Source: Bacteroidota bacterium (lineage in GTDB: Bacteria; Bacteroidota; Bacteroidia; 2-12-FULL-35-15). Taken from it: a stretch of DNA of 64,000 nt. The stretch spans positions 27,811-91,810 of the forward strand of contig PLYN01000058.1 in the NCBI GenBank assembly GCA_003151815.1, written 5' to 3'. The notes under the pieces are model-generated. The model was not told where the DNA came from and made no database searches. It saw nothing but the letters and a program-made list of their open reading frames with translations. Of this stretch, positions 36,856 through 46,643 are shown one piece after another. Position 1 is the stretch's first letter. Each line of letters starts with the position of its first letter. A program made the position numbers and the translations under genes.

Positions 36856-37608
36856 ATGCCAAAATATATTGAAGAAGGCTTCAAACCCATTAAGCACGAA
36901 CCTCCCACTACCCTAGTCAGGAAAATAAAATTTTACGGACGAATGCTGTTGGATCTGCAGATCCTGACTATCTATACCGATATAAAAGATGAACTTCCTA
37001 AATTTAAAGGAATGGTTTTAGATATTGGCTGTGGACAAAGTCCGTATAGATATTTACTTAACAAATCTGAAACTGAATACAAAGGAATTGATGTAATTGA
37101 AGCTTCCAGCTTTGATTATGTAAATAACGATATTACCCTTTTTAATGGCGAGACCATTCCATTCAATGATAATACCTTTGATGCCATAATATGTACGGAG
37201 GTTTTAGAACACGTATACAATTATCAGACCTTGGTTGATGAAATGTATCGCGTGTCTAAACCCGGAGCTAAAGCAGTTATTACTATTCCCTTTTCTGCAC
37301 GATATCATTATATTCCTTATGACTTTTTCAGATATACACCAAGTGCATTGGAAAAGATATTCTCTAAATTTTCTAAAGTAGAAATTACTCCGAGAGGTAC
37401 TGATGTTTTATCGATATGCGGAAAAATAATTGTTTTATTTTTCCGAAACATCATTCCCAATAGTTTTATGAGGGTGATCTGCCTACCCTTTTGGATATTG
37501 ATGTTGCCGGTTTTAGGAATAACAGTTATCATTGCCCATATAAGCAATATATTTAATTTAGGAAGCAATTTAGATCCTATAGGTTATACAATCAAGATTG
37601 TAAAATAA
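36856..37608 (+). CDS. class I SAM-dependent methyltransferase with hydrophobic C-terminal region
   Basis: VLDIGCGQSPY motif I and FDAIICTEVLEHV. The C-terminal sequence FMRVICLPFWILMLPVLGITVIIAHI is hydrophobic. Confidence 0.75.
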   Translation: MPKYIEEGFKPIKHEPPTTLVRKIKFYGRMLLDLQILTIYTDIKDELPKFKGMVLDIGCGQSPYRYLLNKSETEYKGIDVIEASSFDYVNNDITLFNGETIPFNDNTFDAIICTEVLEHVYNYQTLVDEMYRVSKPGAKAVITIPFSARYHYIPYDFFRYTPSALEKIFSKFSKVEITPRGTDVLSICGKIIVLFFRNIIPNSFMRVICLPFWILMLPVLGITVIIAHISNIFNLGSNLDPIGYTIKIVK

Positions 37609-37635
37609 TTAGAAAAATCAGACGCATTATTTACC

Positions 37636-39333
37636 TTACTTCCATTCGTAAATATAAATATTATAGTTTGGCTCAGGTTTATAATTAGCCAACTCATCTC
37701 GCCATACGTATTTGCTATGCTGCCCATCTATCATATCAACCAATCCTATAAGTTTGTAGTGTTCATTTACATATTTATTGGCCCATTCAAAAACATAATG
37801 ATCCACATTCGGCTGAACCATTAATGAAATTGGATGATCAAAATAAATTAAATACCTCGGTTTTGCTTTTTCAGTATCTCTAACAAATTCTCTCTGCCAA
37901 TCTTTATGCATTGGTACGTTTGTTACAAGTGCAGTAAAATAAGCGTGCCGCGACGGGGATTTCTTCTTTGTATAAAAATAAATTTGAGGTTCAGATCCAA
38001 TTAGCACTATATTATCTTCCGGTTTTGAATTTGCATTGATATAATTACCGATCTCCATTGCTTCTGGAAATGGGTTATTACCATACACTTGTCGTAAAAT
38101 TAATTCATAATTAGGATGAAAATAATATGATTTTAGCGTTTTTATATGATAAAAAACAAGAATTGAGAAAATAGATAAGTAAATATATTTGATGCTTAAT
38201 TTGCCAAGTTTAAATTTATTCTCAAAAATAGTAATTACACAATGATAGGTTAATCCTGCAACAACAGCTAAACCAGGTATAATTTGAATCCAATAATGTC
38301 CGTAAAAGAAATAGCCCGGCACTATAGTTAAAAATGAACATGCTAATAAAGTAATTCCATAAACTTTTAATTGATATGGGATAGGGCGGAATAAACAAAC
38401 AGCTATAGCTAATATTGAATGATACCAAAATAATTTATGATTTTGTAATATAGCATCGCGTGTATATCCAAAATACTTAATCCCTTCATCAAAAGTTATT
38501 AATTGTGAATATTGTTTTGAATATTCGAATGTCCAGTATAACATTTCATCAAAACCACCTTTTATTTTTATGATTAAAAAGAAAACGCAAACTATGGTAA
38601 TTCCCCCAAGCGAATAAGCAAAAATGTTTTTAAAAAATTCTTTATATTTCTTTTCCTTTTCAAATAAAAACTCTAAAAAAATTATTACTCCTCCCCATAC
38701 AGCAACAAAAACTGCAGTTGTCTTAATCATAACGGCCATGGCCATACTCATGCCGGTAAATAAATAAAGCAGAAAATGTTTTTTGCTTCGAGCATGTGCA
38801 TATAATAATAAACCTAAGCTTATAAATAACGCTACACCATGTTCTGATTGAACTGTAAAACCACTTAAACTTGGCGTTAATGAAACAAATGCCATTGTTG
38901 CTGCAGAAATAATTCCTGCGATAGGACTAAACATTTTTTTAGATGCGAAATACACAAATAGTATGGATAAAATATTAATCCACATAAAACCTGTATGAAC
39001 CCCTTTTACTGTTTCCCCAAAAAAATTAATTATGAATGCGTATAAATAAAAAATACCCGGAAATTTCATTTCATAAAAATCTTTATATGGAACTTTACCC
39101 TCGAGTAAAAGTTCACCCATATAGCTATAAATGCCTTCATCGCGTTCAAACGGGATTAATAAAAATTTTGAACGAATAGTGTAAACTAAAAAAACAAGTA
39201 TTAACAATAATGCTGTGCAAATTTTTTCCTCTAATGAAAAAGAAAATGTTTTACCGGCAATTGTAAAAGAACTGCTCGATTCGATGTTTCGAGTAATTTT
39301 TTGAGACTTATTATTACTAATTGCTTTTGCCAT
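37636..39333 (-). CDS. GT-C fold glycosyltransferase (ArnT / PMT_2-like)
   Basis: More than 12 TM helices. The acidic first-loop motif FERDEGIYSYMG...PYKD is typical of ArnT/PMT-family enzymes. Soluble C-terminal domain. Confidence 0.7.
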   Translation of the reverse strand: MAKAISNNKSQKITRNIESSSSFTIAGKTFSFSLEEKICTALLLILVFLVYTIRSKFLLIPFERDEGIYSYMGELLLEGKVPYKDFYEMKFPGIFYLYAFIINFFGETVKGVHTGFMWINILSILFVYFASKKMFSPIAGIISAATMAFVSLTPSLSGFTVQSEHGVALFISLGLLLYAHARSKKHFLLYLFTGMSMAMAVMIKTTAVFVAVWGGVIIFLEFLFEKEKKYKEFFKNIFAYSLGGITIVCVFFLIIKIKGGFDEMLYWTFEYSKQYSQLITFDEGIKYFGYTRDAILQNHKLFWYHSILAIAVCLFRPIPYQLKVYGITLLACSFLTIVPGYFFYGHYWIQIIPGLAVVAGLTYHCVITIFENKFKLGKLSIKYIYLSIFSILVFYHIKTLKSYYFHPNYELILRQVYGNNPFPEAMEIGNYINANSKPEDNIVLIGSEPQIYFYTKKKSPSRHAYFTALVTNVPMHKDWQREFVRDTEKAKPRYLIYFDHPISLMVQPNVDHYVFEWANKYVNEHYKLIGLVDMIDGQHSKYVWRDELANYKPEPNYNIYIYEWK

Positions 39334-40267
39334 AAAAATTAATTAAGGAATGATTTTTTATACAATCATAGGTTTCTGAAATGCCTTGAGATATTGGAGT
39401 AAATTTAAAATTAGGTACTACATTAATAAGCTTACTATTATCAAGATCAATCGCAGTATTATCACTTTCTCTTTTTGGGGTATAAACGATTTCAAAAGGT
39501 TCAGAAACAACTTTTTTAATCAAATCAACAATTTCATTAATTGATAAGGTATCATTTGATGAAAGGTTATATGTTTCGGATGTGTTTATATCTCTGATTA
39601 ACGATAGACTCAATAATTCGGCTACATCTTTTACATAAATATAATTACGAATATTAGAACCATCTCCAAAAATCTTAATTTCATGATCTGAAATAATTTT
39701 TTCTAAAAAAGTATTTATTAAACCTAAACCTTTTGACGTGTTTTGTCCTGCTCCGTATACATTAGAAATCCGATAAATATCTGAGTTAATACCATATTTT
39801 GTTTTATAGTATAATAAAAAATTTTCAATTGCTAATTTTGTAATTCCGTAAGGAGAGAAGGGATTTTTATTGAAATTTTCGTCAACCTTTTTATGAGTGG
39901 TACCATAAACTGTACCTGCACTGCTCAAATACACTATCTTTTTTATACCTAATTTGGACACAGCTTCCAAGAAAGTTAAAAATGGAACTAAATTTTTCTG
40001 TACATCTACTAATGGGTTTTCCCAGCTATTAGCCGGAATTGTTTCGGAGGCCAGATAATAAACAAGATCTATATTTTTAAAATAGTTTGCGTTTTCAACA
40101 TTATTAAGCAAATTTATTTGATTATATTCTATAGGAATATCTAAAATACTCTCTTTACTTCTACCAAATAAATGAAGATTAATATTGTCTTTTTTTAATA
40201 ATAAATTAGTTAAGTGACTGCCAATAAAACCATTACTTCCTATTATAGCTACGTTGATCTTATTCAT
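39317..40267 (-). CDS. NAD-dependent epimerase/dehydratase (SDR)
   Basis: GSNGFIGSHL Rossmann motif and YGITK catalytic YxxxK. 4-nt overlap with the upstream GT2 and 17-nt overlap with the downstream GT-C. Confidence 0.85.
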   Translation of the reverse strand: MNKINVAIIGSNGFIGSHLTNLLLKKDNINLHLFGRSKESILDIPIEYNQINLLNNVENANYFKNIDLVYYLASETIPANSWENPLVDVQKNLVPFLTFLEAVSKLGIKKIVYLSSAGTVYGTTHKKVDENFNKNPFSPYGITKLAIENFLLYYKTKYGINSDIYRISNVYGAGQNTSKGLGLINTFLEKIISDHEIKIFGDGSNIRNYIYVKDVAELLSLSLIRDINTSETYNLSSNDTLSINEIVDLIKKVVSEPFEIVYTPKRESDNTAIDLDNSKLINVVPNFKFTPISQGISETYDCIKNHSLINFYGKSN

Positions 40268-41190
40268 ATGTTGATGGTTTTTTCAATAACAACATACGGA
40301 CGTTGGCGTACTTCGTCGTAAATTCTTACAATATATTCACCAATAATACCTAAACAAATTAGGATTAACGAACTAAAAAAAGAAATTAATATTGCCAAGG
40401 TAGCAAAACCTTTAGCTTCAATTTTGTGAACAAAATATCCATAAATTGTATTTAAACTGTACATACACGCAAAACTAAAACCTACTAGCCCTAAAACTGT
40501 AATTAATCGAATTGGAGCACTTGAAAATGAAAATATACCATCTAAAGCAATTTTTAATAATTTTTTTAAGGTATAACCGGATTGCCCATCCACTCTATTA
40601 GCACGTTCATACTCAACACCAATTTGCTTAAAACCAACCCATGCTCTGATGCCTCTTAAAAATGGATTTTGCTCTTGTAGTTTAAGCATATTATCCACCA
40701 CGTGCTTTTTCATAACGCAAAAATCACCGCTATCAATCGGTATGTGAATATCGCTCATACCTTTTAATATTTTATAGAAACTACTATATGCCAAACGTTT
40801 TGTAAAAGATTCTTTACGTTTTTTTCTAACCCCATAAGCAACGTCATAGCCATTATCTAAAAATGTAAAAAAGTGCGGGAGTTGAGAAGGGGGATCTTGC
40901 AAATCATCGTCTATAACAGCAATATAATCGCCTGTGCAGTGGCTTAATGCAGTTTTTACAGCAATTTGATGGCCGAAATTTTTTGATAATTTTATTCCCT
41001 TTATATAGCTGTATTGTTTACTAAGTTCTTCGATTTTTTCGTAACTTTTATCACGGCTACCGTCATCTACTAAAATAACTTCCAAATTCCAGTTAGATTT
41101 CTGTCTTTGAGTATCAATAGCTTCTAGCAGCAAATTCATAAACGCTGCCGAATTGTATATAGGTACTAGTATCGAAATCTTTTTATTCAT
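40264..41190 (-). CDS. polyprenyl-phosphate glycosyltransferase (GT2, GtrB/ArnC type)
   Basis: ISILVPIYN, VDDGSRD and DDDLQDPP, with two C-terminal TM helices. A clear paralog of the GT2 half of 34881-36848. Confidence 0.85.
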   Translation of the reverse strand: MNKKISILVPIYNSAAFMNLLLEAIDTQRQKSNWNLEVILVDDGSRDKSYEKIEELSKQYSYIKGIKLSKNFGHQIAVKTALSHCTGDYIAVIDDDLQDPPSQLPHFFTFLDNGYDVAYGVRKKRKESFTKRLAYSSFYKILKGMSDIHIPIDSGDFCVMKKHVVDNMLKLQEQNPFLRGIRAWVGFKQIGVEYERANRVDGQSGYTLKKLLKIALDGIFSFSSAPIRLITVLGLVGFSFACMYSLNTIYGYFVHKIEAKGFATLAILISFFSSLILICLGIIGEYIVRIYDEVRQRPYVVIEKTINI

Positions 41191-41275
41191 TTATTTATTT
41201 TTAATACTTTTTAGTTAAAATCTAACATATCGTAGTTACGACTTACATGCTAATTGTTGATTTATCAAACTTAGC

Positions 41276-42223
41276 TCATTTATTAAGCTTAGTTGCGACT
41301 TTTGGGCTGAAATTATTTCTTTTAAAATATTTAAAAACAAACGAAAAGTAATATTGAACTCTATTTATAACACCCATAAGTGATTTATCGCTAAAAGGCA
41401 CATCGCCCCAAGGTGAAAGTTTTTTATAATGTAAATAGTTTTTTTTATATGGTGAAGGGTCGAGCCAAAACCAAGGTTTAAAAAGTCTATTGGCATAATG
41501 AATTATTTTAGGATTATTATATTCATTAAAAATCTCTTCTTTTGAATAAAATCTAAAATCAGCATTTCCTAGTCCGTATTTAACTAAACCTAACCTTGCA
41601 ATCACATTCCATCTATAAGGCACTATTTGCCAGGTATCTTGTAATATAATATTTAAGGAATCCTGATCGGGATATTCTAATAAATGCTCATTATCAATTT
41701 GATATTGATAGGCCTTTTGAGAAATTTTATCTTCTTGCCATTTTTTACAATCTATTAACATCATCCCTGCATTAAATGATTTTGTAAGATTAATTTTTTC
41801 TAAATGTTTTACCGGGCACAAAACCTCATAAGATGCTGATATGATATTCCCTTCCTGATTAACATTATACAACTCGGTTACATCCCCCTCAATGATCATG
41901 TCGCAATCTAAATACAACATTTTATCGATCAACAATGTATCTAATAAAAAGTATCTGTAATATGTGGCTTCGCTGTATATTTCAAATATTTTTAGTTTTT
42001 CAAAATATGCTCTATCAGGTTTTAAGAAATGTAATTTACAACCAAATTTAATTGCAACTTCTTCAAATCGATTTATATCTTCCGGAAGTATTCCTCCATC
42101 TACAATATAAATATCAAATAATTCCGGGTATTTTGTGTTTGACATTAGGGAATAAATCATTATTCCTAAGTGTTGGGCGTAGTTTTTATCAGTTGCACAA
42201 CCAATATTATATCTCGTAGTCAT
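41276..42223 (-). CDS. family 8 glycosyltransferase
   Basis: GCATDKNYAQHLG, YLDCDMII (DxD), FNAGMMLID and H-x-x-N region. Confidence 0.8.
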   Translation of the reverse strand: MTTRYNIGCATDKNYAQHLGIMIYSLMSNTKYPELFDIYIVDGGILPEDINRFEEVAIKFGCKLHFLKPDRAYFEKLKIFEIYSEATYYRYFLLDTLLIDKMLYLDCDMIIEGDVTELYNVNQEGNIISASYEVLCPVKHLEKINLTKSFNAGMMLIDCKKWQEDKISQKAYQYQIDNEHLLEYPDQDSLNIILQDTWQIVPYRWNVIARLGLVKYGLGNADFRFYSKEEIFNEYNNPKIIHYANRLFKPWFWLDPSPYKKNYLHYKKLSPWGDVPFSDKSLMGVINRVQYYFSFVFKYFKRNNFSPKVATKLNK

Positions 42224-42227
42224 AAAT

Positions 42228-43121
42228 TTATTTCTTTTTATAAATGACTAATGCAGTTCTTTTGCCAACGATATCATTAAAAAATTTAAACGAAAATTTT
42301 AAAATTGACGAGGTAAAATTACTGTTTATTCCCGTTTTACGTTTAAAATATTGAATGAGATAGTCAAAGCCTTCGTATTTAAAATCTTGCACTTGTAAGT
42401 CAAAATGGGAAGCCATTTTTGTTAAACTATCTTTGTTCCATAATCCCATATGATGGGGCGGTAAGTTTAATGTATGGTACTTATCGTATTTCATAAAATA
42501 AGGTTCGTTATTAGGCACTGCAATAATTAAAACACCATCTTTTTTTAGCATTTTCACCATGCAACTTATAAATTCACCGGGCTGTTTAACATGTTCTAAA
42601 ATTTGGAATCCGGTAACGTAATCAAACTTCCCAATATTTTTTTCGGCAAAAATTTCAATAGGTTCATTACTAAATTCAACACCTTTGTTCTTTAATAAGT
42701 CAGCTGCAAAATCACTTTTATCAAGTCCATAGCAATGACAATTTTTTCCATTTAACTCATCAAAGAAACTTCCCGACCCACAGCCAACATCCAAAACGGA
42801 TGAATTATCCTTAATCATATTAGCACCCTCTTTAAACTCCCATTTTGTATCTTGATACAATCTATTTTTATTACTCTTATATAAATCAATATAAAACTTA
42901 TTATCGCCCTCTATGGATAATGGATAATAAAAACGAAATCCTGTTTCGTTACATTGCATGATTTTTACCTCGTTCACATTTTTAAACAGATACGATATAT
43001 TTAAATTATAATTTTTAAAATATTTTTTTATAATTTTTCCAACATTTAAAACTTCAATTTCTTTTACTGTAGCGTTTTTTATTAAGGTGTTTTCTATCAT
43101 TTTATAAAAATAATTAAACAT
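42228..43121 (-). CDS. class I SAM-dependent methyltransferase with ~100-aa N-terminal extension
   Basis: VLDVGCGSGSF, FDYVTGFQILEHV and DGVLIIAVPN. Confidence 0.75.
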   Translation of the reverse strand: MFNYFYKMIENTLIKNATVKEIEVLNVGKIIKKYFKNYNLNISYLFKNVNEVKIMQCNETGFRFYYPLSIEGDNKFYIDLYKSNKNRLYQDTKWEFKEGANMIKDNSSVLDVGCGSGSFFDELNGKNCHCYGLDKSDFAADLLKNKGVEFSNEPIEIFAEKNIGKFDYVTGFQILEHVKQPGEFISCMVKMLKKDGVLIIAVPNNEPYFMKYDKYHTLNLPPHHMGLWNKDSLTKMASHFDLQVQDFKYEGFDYLIQYFKRKTGINSNFTSSILKFSFKFFNDIVGKRTALVIYKKK

Positions 43122-43132
43122 TTAAACATATG

Positions 43133-43140
43133 CAAAATTA
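43133..43140 (-). promoter_or_regulatory. candidate -7 box (TAatTTTG on minus strand) for the 43121..37636 operon
   Basis: Plus-strand caaaatta lies 12 nt upstream of the ATG at 43121, implying a very short leader. Confidence 0.3.
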
Positions 43141-43242
43141 TAAAATCTATCTTAGTTCTAACTTGATAGTGAAAACAATCAATTAATTTGCTATGATACT
43201 TAAATAATAGCTATTTTCGTTTTCTTAAATAAATGAAATTTT

Positions 43243-43938
43243 ATGTCTGAATTTCTTAATCCAAAACTAAGTTCTCCTTTTTATTTTACAAGAAAAGGGT
43301 TATATGGAGCTGCAATTATTTTTTCCAAATCTGCTAAAGGTGGGCGTTTATTGGATTTTGGCTGTGGTTCAAAACCATATAGATCTTTATTTAAGGTAGA
43401 TGAATATATTGGAATAGATTATGAAAATGAAGGGCATCCTCATGACGAGGAGCAAATAGATATTTTTTATGATGGCGGTAAATTACCCTTTAAAGATGCC
43501 GAATTTGATTATGTTTTATGTACAGAAGTGTTTGAGCATTTGTTTGATCTAGATGATAAACTTGTTGAATTTAATAGAGTTCTTAAGGATAATGGGTTGA
43601 TGTTTGTGACTTGCCCTTTTGTATGGAACGAACATGAAATACCTTATGACTATGCGCGATATACTTCGTTTGCATTAAACGATAAATTTAAAAAGAAAGG
43701 TTTTGAAGTTGTATCATACAATAAAGGGGGGACTTTTATTGAAACGTATACACAAACTTTCTTTTTATATTTTTCGAGAAAAGACACCAAATTTAAAAGT
43801 GATAAAATCGGTATATTTAAAAAGAGTGTAATTTTTATGGTTAACTTATTTGGAAAAATAATGAACAAACTATTGCCGAATAACGATTCGCTTTATTTAA
43901 CTAATATTTACGTTGTAAGAAAATCAAAAAACCTATAA
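43243..43938 (+). CDS. class I SAM-dependent methyltransferase (paralog of 36856-37608)
   Basis: LLDFGCGSKPY, FDYVLCTEVFEHL and IPYDYARYT align with VLDIGCGQSPY, FDAIICTEVLEHV and IPYDFFRYT of the other copy. Confidence 0.75.
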   Translation: MSEFLNPKLSSPFYFTRKGLYGAAIIFSKSAKGGRLLDFGCGSKPYRSLFKVDEYIGIDYENEGHPHDEEQIDIFYDGGKLPFKDAEFDYVLCTEVFEHLFDLDDKLVEFNRVLKDNGLMFVTCPFVWNEHEIPYDYARYTSFALNDKFKKKGFEVVSYNKGGTFIETYTQTFFLYFSRKDTKFKSDKIGIFKKSVIFMVNLFGKIMNKLLPNNDSLYLTNIYVVRKSKNL

Positions 43939-43959
43939 TGTTTCAAATTATTTAAAGCA

Positions 43960-46569
43960 ATGATACAAGTATTTAATATAAAAAAAGAATATTTAAGATA
44001 TTCCATCATGACATGGTTTGGAATATTAGTTGCCATAATATCAAGTAAAATCATTTCATCAGTTTATGTAACTAATATTGAAGATGCAAATAAAATAGCC
44101 CAAGATATTTTACTAAATCCAGCAATGGCGCAGCCAGAACCTATGGAGAAAGCGGTTTTTTTTGGAGGTATAATTATAACAGTACTATCTTTGTTTTTAT
44201 TTTATTTTATTTTAGATCGTTTTTTAAAAAAAAATGACAATGAGATAAAAGATTCATTGTTTAATATTGTTACTACTATTAACGTTGTAATTAGCTGTTA
44301 TTTCCTGTACTATTGTTTTATTACCGTTAACCCTTTTTTTGCAGCACCTCAAAATTCGCATGATGCTCTTGCTAAAACCAATTTCGATTTTTATTTTTTT
44401 CAAACTTTTTTATATAAGCGATTAGTATTATACACTATTATTTTATTCCCACTATTGGCTTTTCTATTAATTAAAAACATTAAACTTTCAGAGCACCTTA
44501 ATTTATTATTGAAAAAAACTGTATTTGTTTTATGTCTTGGTTTAAGCGTATTAGCCTCAGCCATATCAATTTTTAAATTCCCTTATACCTATGAAAACAA
44601 ATACGATTTTAATGCTATTTATTATTCAGTAGTTCAGGTATATAATGGCTTCCCATTATTAGTAGATGGTTTTACAAATACGTATGGATTGTACCCACAT
44701 TTTGTAATGCCAATTTTAAAATTAACCGGATTAAGTGTATTAAGTTTTTCAATGACAATGAGTATTTTATTGTTTTTTTGTTTTTGTTTTTTGTACTATT
44801 TCATGAATAAAATCATTAATAACAAACTCATTTTATTGTTTGGTTTTTGTTTAGTGTATTTTATGTGCTATTCATTTCAAACAACCACATTAAATTATGA
44901 TGCCGCTTTCTCTTGCCATCCTGTGCGTTGGATTATGCCATTATTACTATTTGCATACATAGTTTATTATATGTCAAATCAAATGAAAGCTAATTTTATG
45001 TTTAAGAAGTGGCGTTTTTTTAAAGTGATAGAAATCATCCCTATTAAAATAGTATTCTTTTTTGTTTTTGCATTTGGCGTATTATGGAACCCTGACTTTG
45101 GATTTTTTTCTTTTTTAAGTTTAATCGCTTTTTATGTTTTTTATGAGTTTGATATAAATGAAATTAAAAAATCATTGATTCAGCTATTGTTTAATGTAAT
45201 ACAAGCATTTTTTTTATTAGTAATAGCATTTATTTTGTATTATGTTTATATAAAATTCGCATATCATCAAGCTCCCGATTTTTCTCTTTTATATGAAACA
45301 ATTAGTACTTATTCAGTAATTGGTTTTGGTATGCTTCCAATGCCAACAACCATGCATCCGTGGATGTTGATAGCATTGATTTATGGTATAGGTTGGGTTA
45401 TATCTATTATTAATTTTTTAAATAATCGTAAAACGCAATTTGCATTAGCTATTTTTGTTTTAACCTTTTTAGGAACTATCGGATTGTCTTATTACCAAGG
45501 CAGGAGCCATAATTGGCAATTAATGGTTTGTAACCTTTCTGCATTTATCTTATTGCCTATTTACGCGGATAAACTATTGATAACCGCAAGAGGACATAAG
45601 TTATTTATACCAATTTTTTCGATGTCACTCTTTGTAATTGCATTTGCTCCTTTTCAATTATTAGGAAGTTGGACTAAGCTACAGGAATTAGTGTTTACTA
45701 AAAAAGATAAAGCCATTAATCAAATAGAACAAAATCATATATATTCTACAGCCTCTGCAATTGATAAGTTATGTGAAGATGGAGAAAAAATATATATCCT
45801 ATCTGCCGATTATTATCAAGGGTTATATCACACTTTATCTAAAACGGCTTCGGTTGCTAATCCTGGGTTGGGCGATTTATATACTAAAAAACAATACGAA
45901 CTAATTATTGAAAAACTAAAAAATGAAAATCAAAAACTGTTCTTGGAACCTCAGTTTTACCGCCCAAAGGATACAAAATTATTAAACGTTATAGGAGCCT
46001 ATTACGAACTCAATGCAATTGAAAATATGCCGACATTGTATTATTATAAAAAAAGAGAGTTTGGTAAATATCAACCTAAATTAATAAATGATGCCAGCAC
46101 CCTTTTTTATATTAATACCAATGCAAATGGCAATGATAATTTTAAATTATATGAAGCTGCAGTAAAACCAATACAATTAGATAACGCATTTACTATTGAT
46201 GTTATCTTTACTTCACCTTCAAACATTATCACAAACATTAATACTGGTGGTACAATATTATCTAATTTAGATGGCTACAAAGGTTTTGTAGTTCAACAAC
46301 AAAAAGATAATCCAAGTCAATTCATTTTTGGATTTAAAGGCCGGGGGATTTTATGTAACGTTGAATTAAACAAACAAACAAAAATGACTTTTAAGGTAGA
46401 CGGCATAAATATTTCGTGTTATGTAAATGATATGTTGCAATCTAAATCAATGGTTACAGAGGTATTTGAAAATAGCCAACAACCTATTTGTGTGGGAAGT
46501 ATACAAAACATGTCGAATTTCTTTTTAGGAAATATTGATGAAATAAAAATATCAAATGGAGCTAAATGA
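43960..46569 (+). CDS. 869-aa polytopic membrane protein with C-terminal LamG-like (concanavalin A-type) domain
   Basis: About 14 or more hydrophobic helices over residues 1-560, then a soluble region. The C-terminal ~150 aa carry the LamG pattern (...MTFKVDGINISCYVNDML...PICVGS...FFLGNIDEIKISN). Confidence 0.7.
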   Translation: MIQVFNIKKEYLRYSIMTWFGILVAIISSKIISSVYVTNIEDANKIAQDILLNPAMAQPEPMEKAVFFGGIIITVLSLFLFYFILDRFLKKNDNEIKDSLFNIVTTINVVISCYFLYYCFITVNPFFAAPQNSHDALAKTNFDFYFFQTFLYKRLVLYTIILFPLLAFLLIKNIKLSEHLNLLLKKTVFVLCLGLSVLASAISIFKFPYTYENKYDFNAIYYSVVQVYNGFPLLVDGFTNTYGLYPHFVMPILKLTGLSVLSFSMTMSILLFFCFCFLYYFMNKIINNKLILLFGFCLVYFMCYSFQTTTLNYDAAFSCHPVRWIMPLLLFAYIVYYMSNQMKANFMFKKWRFFKVIEIIPIKIVFFFVFAFGVLWNPDFGFFSFLSLIAFYVFYEFDINEIKKSLIQLLFNVIQAFFLLVIAFILYYVYIKFAYHQAPDFSLLYETISTYSVIGFGMLPMPTTMHPWMLIALIYGIGWVISIINFLNNRKTQFALAIFVLTFLGTIGLSYYQGRSHNWQLMVCNLSAFILLPIYADKLLITARGHKLFIPIFSMSLFVIAFAPFQLLGSWTKLQELVFTKKDKAINQIEQNHIYSTASAIDKLCEDGEKIYILSADYYQGLYHTLSKTASVANPGLGDLYTKKQYELIIEKLKNENQKLFLEPQFYRPKDTKLLNVIGAYYELNAIENMPTLYYYKKREFGKYQPKLINDASTLFYINTNANGNDNFKLYEAAVKPIQLDNAFTIDVIFTSPSNIITNINTGGTILSNLDGYKGFVVQQQKDNPSQFIFGFKGRGILCNVELNKQTKMTFKVDGINISCYVNDMLQSKSMVTEVFENSQQPICVGSIQNMSNFFLGNIDEIKISNGAK

Positions 46570-46643
46570 ATTTTGTTTTAGATTAAAAATTCTTGATATT
46601 TATTGGTATAATGGCAAAAAACAGTTGGTGAAACTGCCTCTAT

